64,000 nucleotides of DNA from Bacillota bacterium. Lineage in GTDB: Bacteria > Bacillota_I > Bacilli_A > Izemoplasmatales > Hujiaoplasmataceae. The translations under genes were made by a program, and so were the position numbers. Below, piece after piece: positions 59,767 to 64,000 of the stretch; position 1 is the first letter of the stretch; each line of letters begins with the position of its first letter. Below the pieces are notes generated by a model. The model had not been told where the DNA came from, searched no databases, and worked only from the letters and a program-made list of their open reading frames with translations. The stretch lies in contig JAHIRM010000049.1 in NCBI GenBank assembly GCA_018818595.1, positions 1 through 64,000 on the forward strand. The letters are read 5' to 3'.

Positions 59767-60192
59767 ATGAAAAGAATTGTACTGGGTTTTTTACTGTTCT
59801 TGTTGGTTTTTACAAGTTTTTTAGGATGTCAATCAACGAGAAACACAGCTTTTGGAGATGGAGAAATTACGTTTGAAATTTATGATCAAGAAGATGTTTT
59901 ACTGTCAAGGGTTACCGTTGATTACGAAGAAGGAGACACCCTTCTTGGCTTGTTAATGGAAAACTTTACCGTATCTTGTCAAGATGAACTAGGCGGCACG
60001 GATGAAACCTGTTCTTATAGCGGACTATATGGAGTGTATTTGCTCTCGGTGGGTGATTTAGAAGCCTATAATAATGGAGAATTTATTGAATTTTATATTA
60101 ATGACGAATATGCCTTAAGCGGAATTGATACGACAGATATTATTGATGGATCGGTTTATCAATTTAAATATGGAACTTATGAAATCGGTTGA
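59767..60192 (+). CDS. DUF4430-like lipoprotein (putative extracellular cobalamin-binding protein)
   Basis: Signal peptide with FLGC lipobox; about 120-aa mature domain; downstream of the B12 riboswitch. Confidence 0.5.
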   Translation: MKRIVLGFLLFLLVFTSFLGCQSTRNTAFGDGEITFEIYDQEDVLLSRVTVDYEEGDTLLGLLMENFTVSCQDELGGTDETCSYSGLYGVYLLSVGDLEAYNNGEFIEFYINDEYALSGIDTTDIIDGSVYQFKYGTYEIG

Positions 60193-60709
60193 TGTTCGAA
60201 AACATACTATTAGAAATATCACATTATCCGCAATGCTTTTAGCGGTATTAATTGTACAAGAAGAACTACTTATCTTTTTACCAAACATTCAATTTACCGT
60301 TGTATTATTAATGGTTTATGCTGCAATTTTGCCTTATTCAATGTTAATTAGTTTAACGGTTGGATATGTCATTATCGATAGTTTAATTATGGGTTCTTTT
60401 AACATGCTTTACGTAGTTCCTATGTTAATCGGTTGGATTCTTTTAGTACTAGTTTCTAAAAAACTTCAACATCAAAAAATTTGGATTTTAATTATGGTCT
60501 CTTTCATTTTTGGATTTGTATATGGATGGTTATTTATACCTTCTAAATTTTTAGAAATTGGAATTGATAGATTGTGGCCTTATTTTATTAGCGATTTACC
60601 ATTTGAAATAATGATGGCAATTAGCAATATTGTTACAGTAATTCTATTATATGTTCCTTTAAAAAAACTACTTTTATCTTTAATGAATCAAAGTAGTAGT
60701 GAACTATAA
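60179..60709 (+). CDS. small 6-TM membrane protein, ECF-transporter S-component-like (putative cobalamin/corrinoid uptake)
   Basis: About 175 aa, six hydrophobic helices; overlaps the DUF4430 end (translational coupling); start is uncertain, with in-frame candidates at 60125 (TTG), 60170 and 60179. Confidence 0.45.
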   Translation: MKSVDVRKHTIRNITLSAMLLAVLIVQEELLIFLPNIQFTVVLLMVYAAILPYSMLISLTVGYVIIDSLIMGSFNMLYVVPMLIGWILLVLVSKKLQHQKIWILIMVSFIFGFVYGWLFIPSKFLEIGIDRLWPYFISDLPFEIMMAISNIVTVILLYVPLKKLLLSLMNQSSSEL

Positions 60710-60722
60710 CTGTTATTTCATA

Positions 60723-60753
60723 GAAAAAGAGACATATCATTGTCTCTTTTTAT
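60723..60753 (+). terminator. Rho-independent terminator
   Basis: aagagacatatcattgtctctt hairpin plus a T-run. Confidence 0.65.
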
Positions 60754-60851
60754 TTACGACAAAAAAGACTTAGGTTCTTGCGATAATACAAATTTAAAAG
60801 TATAATTAATAATAAGATGTAAAAAGAATGCACATGAAATGAGGAAAAGAT

Positions 60852-63626
60852 ATGTATTCATATTTCATCACTTTCATCAATTTCAGTTTAAGTAAAGTCG
60901 AATCCTTAGTTTATTTTACTTTTTTCTACATGGGGTCTTTGTTTGATCAAATATCAACAACTGAGATTATTATAATTGTTTTAATTGTTCATTTAATTTT
61001 AATTCTTTCTTATTTTCTTTATAAAAATTCTAAGCAACTAAAGAAAGAAATTCATAAACAAAAAGATATAATGAATTTAACGTTAAACTATACTAGTCTA
61101 ATTGAGAATTATCACGGAATGGCCTATCGCAGTTTGTATGATGAAAATTGGACAATGAAATATGTTAGTCCGAAAACATTTGAACTTGTTGGGTATACTG
61201 ATGCTGAATTAATTGACAATCAAGCGATTTCCTTCGAAGAAATCATTCACCCAAAATATCGTTTAAAATTAAGAGAATTATGGGAAAAATCAATTGATTC
61301 TCATGAGGATTTTACTTCTGAGTACCAGGTGATTACAAAAAACAAAACAATTAAATGGGTCTATGAAACCGGACATGCAGTCTATGATCAAGAGGGTATT
61401 CCACTTTACATCGAAGGATTCATTCATGATATTACAGATGAAAAAGAATCAGCACTTAGAGACAAAATGAACGAATCAAAGTATGAAAATATTATCGAGA
61501 ATTCTCAAGATGCCATTTATATAGACGAAGATGGGGTTGTAACATATGCCAATCCCGCATGTGTTCGTTTCTTTAAAGCTAAAAATTCCGATGATTTAAT
61601 CGGCAAAAAGATTGAAAATTTAATTACAGAAGATTTTAAAGACTTTTATCATGAACGTATTGAAAGATTAAAATCAAGTTTGCTTCCTAACCCTAGGGCC
61701 GATTATGAATTTATATGTTTTGATGGGTCAATTGCTTCAGCAGAAGTCAATTCAGCTCCTTTTTTTGATAATGGAAAGATTTCGATTTATGTTTTTATTC
61801 ATGACTTAACTGAAAAAATATTAAGCGAAAAAGAATTAAAAAAAATTCAAAAACGAAATCATGATTTAATTTTCGGAATGACCGAAGGCATTGGCGTTTT
61901 TGAAGTGAACTCAAATAAAGACGATGCAACGCTTGTTTATGCAAATAAGAGTTTCTCAAAGATAATTTATGGAGAAGAGCAAAACGTAATGAACAAAACA
62001 TTTTTAAGTATGTTTTGTGATTTTGATTTGCTCTCTTTTAAAGAAGCGTTTTCGGTTAGTGATTTTGAAAATGAATACACAACCGAATATTTATTTGGTG
62101 ATATAAATAAAATTATAATAATGCGTTTCTTTTCAAACGTTGAACATGAAGTCATCGTTATGATAAATGACATTACAAAATATAAACTTGCAGAAGAAAA
62201 ACTTTTATCAGAACGAAATCGATTGGAAACAATCATTAAAGGTACAAATACCGCAACTTGGGAATGGAATATTGCAACAAGAGAAATTGTAGTTAATTCA
62301 AAATGGGCAGAAATGATAGGTTATTCTTATGAAGAATTAACACCATATAATATCGATTTGTGGAATTCACTTGTGTATCCAGATGACATTATAAAATCAA
62401 ACGAACTTTTAAAGAAACACTTTAATCATGAAATTGATTACTACAACTTAGAATTAAGAATGAAACATAAAGACGGCCATTTTGTATGGGTTTTAGATCG
62501 AGGCTGCGTCTCTAAATGGGATGAGTCCGGTAACCCCATAACTATGTCAGGAACACATCAAGACATTTCAAACATGAAAGAAAAAGAAATTAAATATGAG
62601 ATGTTAAGTTTTCAAGATTATTTAACAGGTTTATCAAACCGAAGAGCATTAGATCAAAAAATTCTCGAATTAGAAAACAAGTCCTATTTACCTACTTGCA
62701 TCATTATGGCAGATGTTGATGGACTTAAAATTATGAATGATGCCTTTGGACATCCTTGTGGAGATGAACTTTTACAATTGGTTTCGGAAAAAATAAAAAA
62801 ATTTGTAAAATCTACTGATTTTATCGCAAGAGTTGGCGGAGATGAATTTTTAATTGTATCTCCCTATACGACAAAAGATCAAGCTATGCATTTAATCAAT
62901 CAAATAGAAAACGAATTGAAAAGTTGTACCATTCATGGAATTGCCATTTCAGTATCTTTTGGACTTGGAATAAGAACAAAGTTAGATGTATCACTGAAGA
63001 CAATCTATAATAACGCTGAAGCAGAAATGTATGATCGAAAATTTTTAGATTCTACAAGCAGTAAAAAGGAATTAATTCAAGCGATATTAAAAGCGTTTTT
63101 CTGTAAAAATCCTCTCGAGGATCAACATTCAAAACAAGTAGGATTGTTATGCAAAAAAGTAGGTCTTGAATTTAATCTTAAAGCCCTTCAGTTACATCAA
63201 TTAGAACAATTAGGATTACTTCATGATATTGGAAAGATTGCAGTTAATACAAAAGTTTTAAATAAAATTGAAGAATTATCAATTGAAGAATGGAATCAAA
63301 TTAAATATCATTGCGAGATTGGTTATCGAATTTTATCTTCATCCTCTGAATACGAAGACGTTGCTCAAGCGGTATTATCACACCATGAGCGATGGGATGG
63401 AAGAGGCTATCCCAAAGGTCTGATTGGCGAACAAATCCCATGGATGGCAAGAGTGATTGCCGTATGTGAGGCATACAGTGCAATGACACTTAAAACTCCT
63501 TATAAAGAGGCAAAATCGGAAGAGGAAGCCGTAAGTGAAATTAAAAATAATGCTGGATTACAATTTGATTCTGAAATTGCAAAAGTCTTTGTTACAAAAG
63601 TTCTTCATAAAAATTGGGTCGAATAA
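60852..63626 (+). CDS. multidomain c-di-GMP signalling protein: N-terminal TM, multiple PAS domains, GGDEF diguanylate cyclase, HD-GYP phosphodiesterase
   Basis: RVGGDEFLIV (GGDEF active site) and HHERWDGRGYP (HD-GYP) motifs; three or more PAS-like repeats. Confidence 0.8.
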   Translation: MYSYFITFINFSLSKVESLVYFTFFYMGSLFDQISTTEIIIIVLIVHLILILSYFLYKNSKQLKKEIHKQKDIMNLTLNYTSLIENYHGMAYRSLYDENWTMKYVSPKTFELVGYTDAELIDNQAISFEEIIHPKYRLKLRELWEKSIDSHEDFTSEYQVITKNKTIKWVYETGHAVYDQEGIPLYIEGFIHDITDEKESALRDKMNESKYENIIENSQDAIYIDEDGVVTYANPACVRFFKAKNSDDLIGKKIENLITEDFKDFYHERIERLKSSLLPNPRADYEFICFDGSIASAEVNSAPFFDNGKISIYVFIHDLTEKILSEKELKKIQKRNHDLIFGMTEGIGVFEVNSNKDDATLVYANKSFSKIIYGEEQNVMNKTFLSMFCDFDLLSFKEAFSVSDFENEYTTEYLFGDINKIIIMRFFSNVEHEVIVMINDITKYKLAEEKLLSERNRLETIIKGTNTATWEWNIATREIVVNSKWAEMIGYSYEELTPYNIDLWNSLVYPDDIIKSNELLKKHFNHEIDYYNLELRMKHKDGHFVWVLDRGCVSKWDESGNPITMSGTHQDISNMKEKEIKYEMLSFQDYLTGLSNRRALDQKILELENKSYLPTCIIMADVDGLKIMNDAFGHPCGDELLQLVSEKIKKFVKSTDFIARVGGDEFLIVSPYTTKDQAMHLINQIENELKSCTIHGIAISVSFGLGIRTKLDVSLKTIYNNAEAEMYDRKFLDSTSSKKELIQAILKAFFCKNPLEDQHSKQVGLLCKKVGLEFNLKALQLHQLEQLGLLHDIGKIAVNTKVLNKIEELSIEEWNQIKYHCEIGYRILSSSSEYEDVAQAVLSHHERWDGRGYPKGLIGEQIPWMARVIAVCEAYSAMTLKTPYKEAKSEEEAVSEIKNNAGLQFDSEIAKVFVTKVLHKNWVE

Positions 63627-63673
63627 CTTGATTTAAATTCCTAAGCAAATCACAATGTTTTTGGCGTACATCA

Positions 63674-63682
63674 TGTTATAAT
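63674..63682 (+). promoter_or_regulatory. extended -10 element TGTTATAAT upstream of the ferritin gene
   Basis: Perfect TGnTATAAT 37 nt upstream of the ATG. Confidence 0.4.
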
Positions 63683-63718
63683 TAAATTATAAAAATAAAA
63701 ATAGGAGGAATCAAATAT

Positions 63719-64000
63719 ATGTTAAATAAAAAAGTATCTGATTTATTAAATGTTCAAATCAATAAAGAAATGTTTTCAGCGTATCTATACTTAGATATTG
63801 CAAATTACTACACATTTAAGGGCTTAGATGGGTTTGCGAACTGGTTTACAGTACAAGCAAAAGAAGAAATGGATCATGCGATTTTCTTCATGACTTATCT
63901 CCAAAACAATAATGTTGAAGTTGTTTTAGAAGCAATTGCGAAACCCACAATGAGTTATGACTCTTTAAAAAAACCTTTAGAAGAAGCTTTTAAACACGAA
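63719..64000 (+). CDS. ftn: ferritin-like protein (non-haem ferritin), 5' partial; continues beyond the window
   Basis: Ferroxidase-centre residues in ...EMFSAYLYL...EEMDHA...; AGGAGGA RBS. Confidence 0.7.
   Translation, partial: MLNKKVSDLLNVQINKEMFSAYLYLDIANYYTFKGLDGFANWFTVQAKEEMDHAIFFMTYLQNNNVEVVLEAIAKPTMSYDSLKKPLEEAFKHE

Noticed and set aside
1-64000. tRNA, rRNA, prophage, IS or integron content
   Set aside because: No intergenic segment shows tRNA cloverleaf hallmarks (GTTCGAATC-type T-arm). There are no transposase or integrase ORFs and no inverted terminal repeats. The cat gene is not flanked by mobile-element genes.

Overview
This is an AT-rich (about 30% GC) bacterial chromosomal segment using the standard genetic code; TGA is a stop and Trp is encoded by TGG. 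Nearly all genes are on the + strand in tightly coupled operons. I found no rRNA, tRNA, CRISPR, transposase or integrase. The content looks Firmicutes- or Tenericutes-like, and several surface proteins have signal peptides or lipoboxes with C-terminal TM anchors and no LPXTG, which would fit a wall-less Acholeplasma-like organism (inference only).

Features in order along the window:
- A complete type II fatty-acid and acetyl-CoA carboxylase operon (acpP-accBCDA-fabH-fabK-fabD-fabG-fabF-fabZ) ending in a short BirA-like biotin ligase.
- A T-box leader in front of a seryl-tRNA synthetase gene that is split by a frameshift inside an A8 homopolymer.
- An nfeD-flotillin pair, a Zn-ribbon SAM methyltransferase and an MFS transporter.
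- pdxS and pdxT on the minus strand, divergent from a MocR-type pdxR, followed by a GNAT and an ABC-2 exporter.
- A six-gene cluster that looks like an archaeal-type heteromeric FAD/Fe-S amino-acid (probably proline) dehydrogenase plus RocA-type P5C dehydrogenase.
- A Cys-rich hypothetical and a small Smr protein.
- A branched-chain amino-acid fermentation operon (Leu dehydrogenase, P-loop NTPase, vorDABC, ptb, buk).
- An EEP-family hydrolase.
- A secreted glycerophosphodiester phosphodiesterase with a (PDPVD)n repeat and C-terminal TM anchor.
- A 1606-aa lipoprotein built from seven tandem Ig-like/CBM-like modules with near-identical internal DNA repeats.
- A LacI regulator, a HAD hydrolase, pyroglutamyl peptidase and a deoxynucleoside kinase.
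- A minus-strand epimerase, an ALDH and a flavodoxin.
- A compositionally atypical LRR lipoprotein.
- A membrane pyrophosphatase (minus strand) and rubredoxin.
- ridA (minus strand), mscL, an aldo-keto reductase and a classical type-A chloramphenicol acetyltransferase.
- copA-copZ-csoR with a G-rich candidate operator.
- A cobalamin riboswitch in front of a DUF4430 lipoprotein and an ECF-S-like membrane protein.
- A PAS-GGDEF-HD-GYP signalling protein.
- The 5' part of a ferritin gene.
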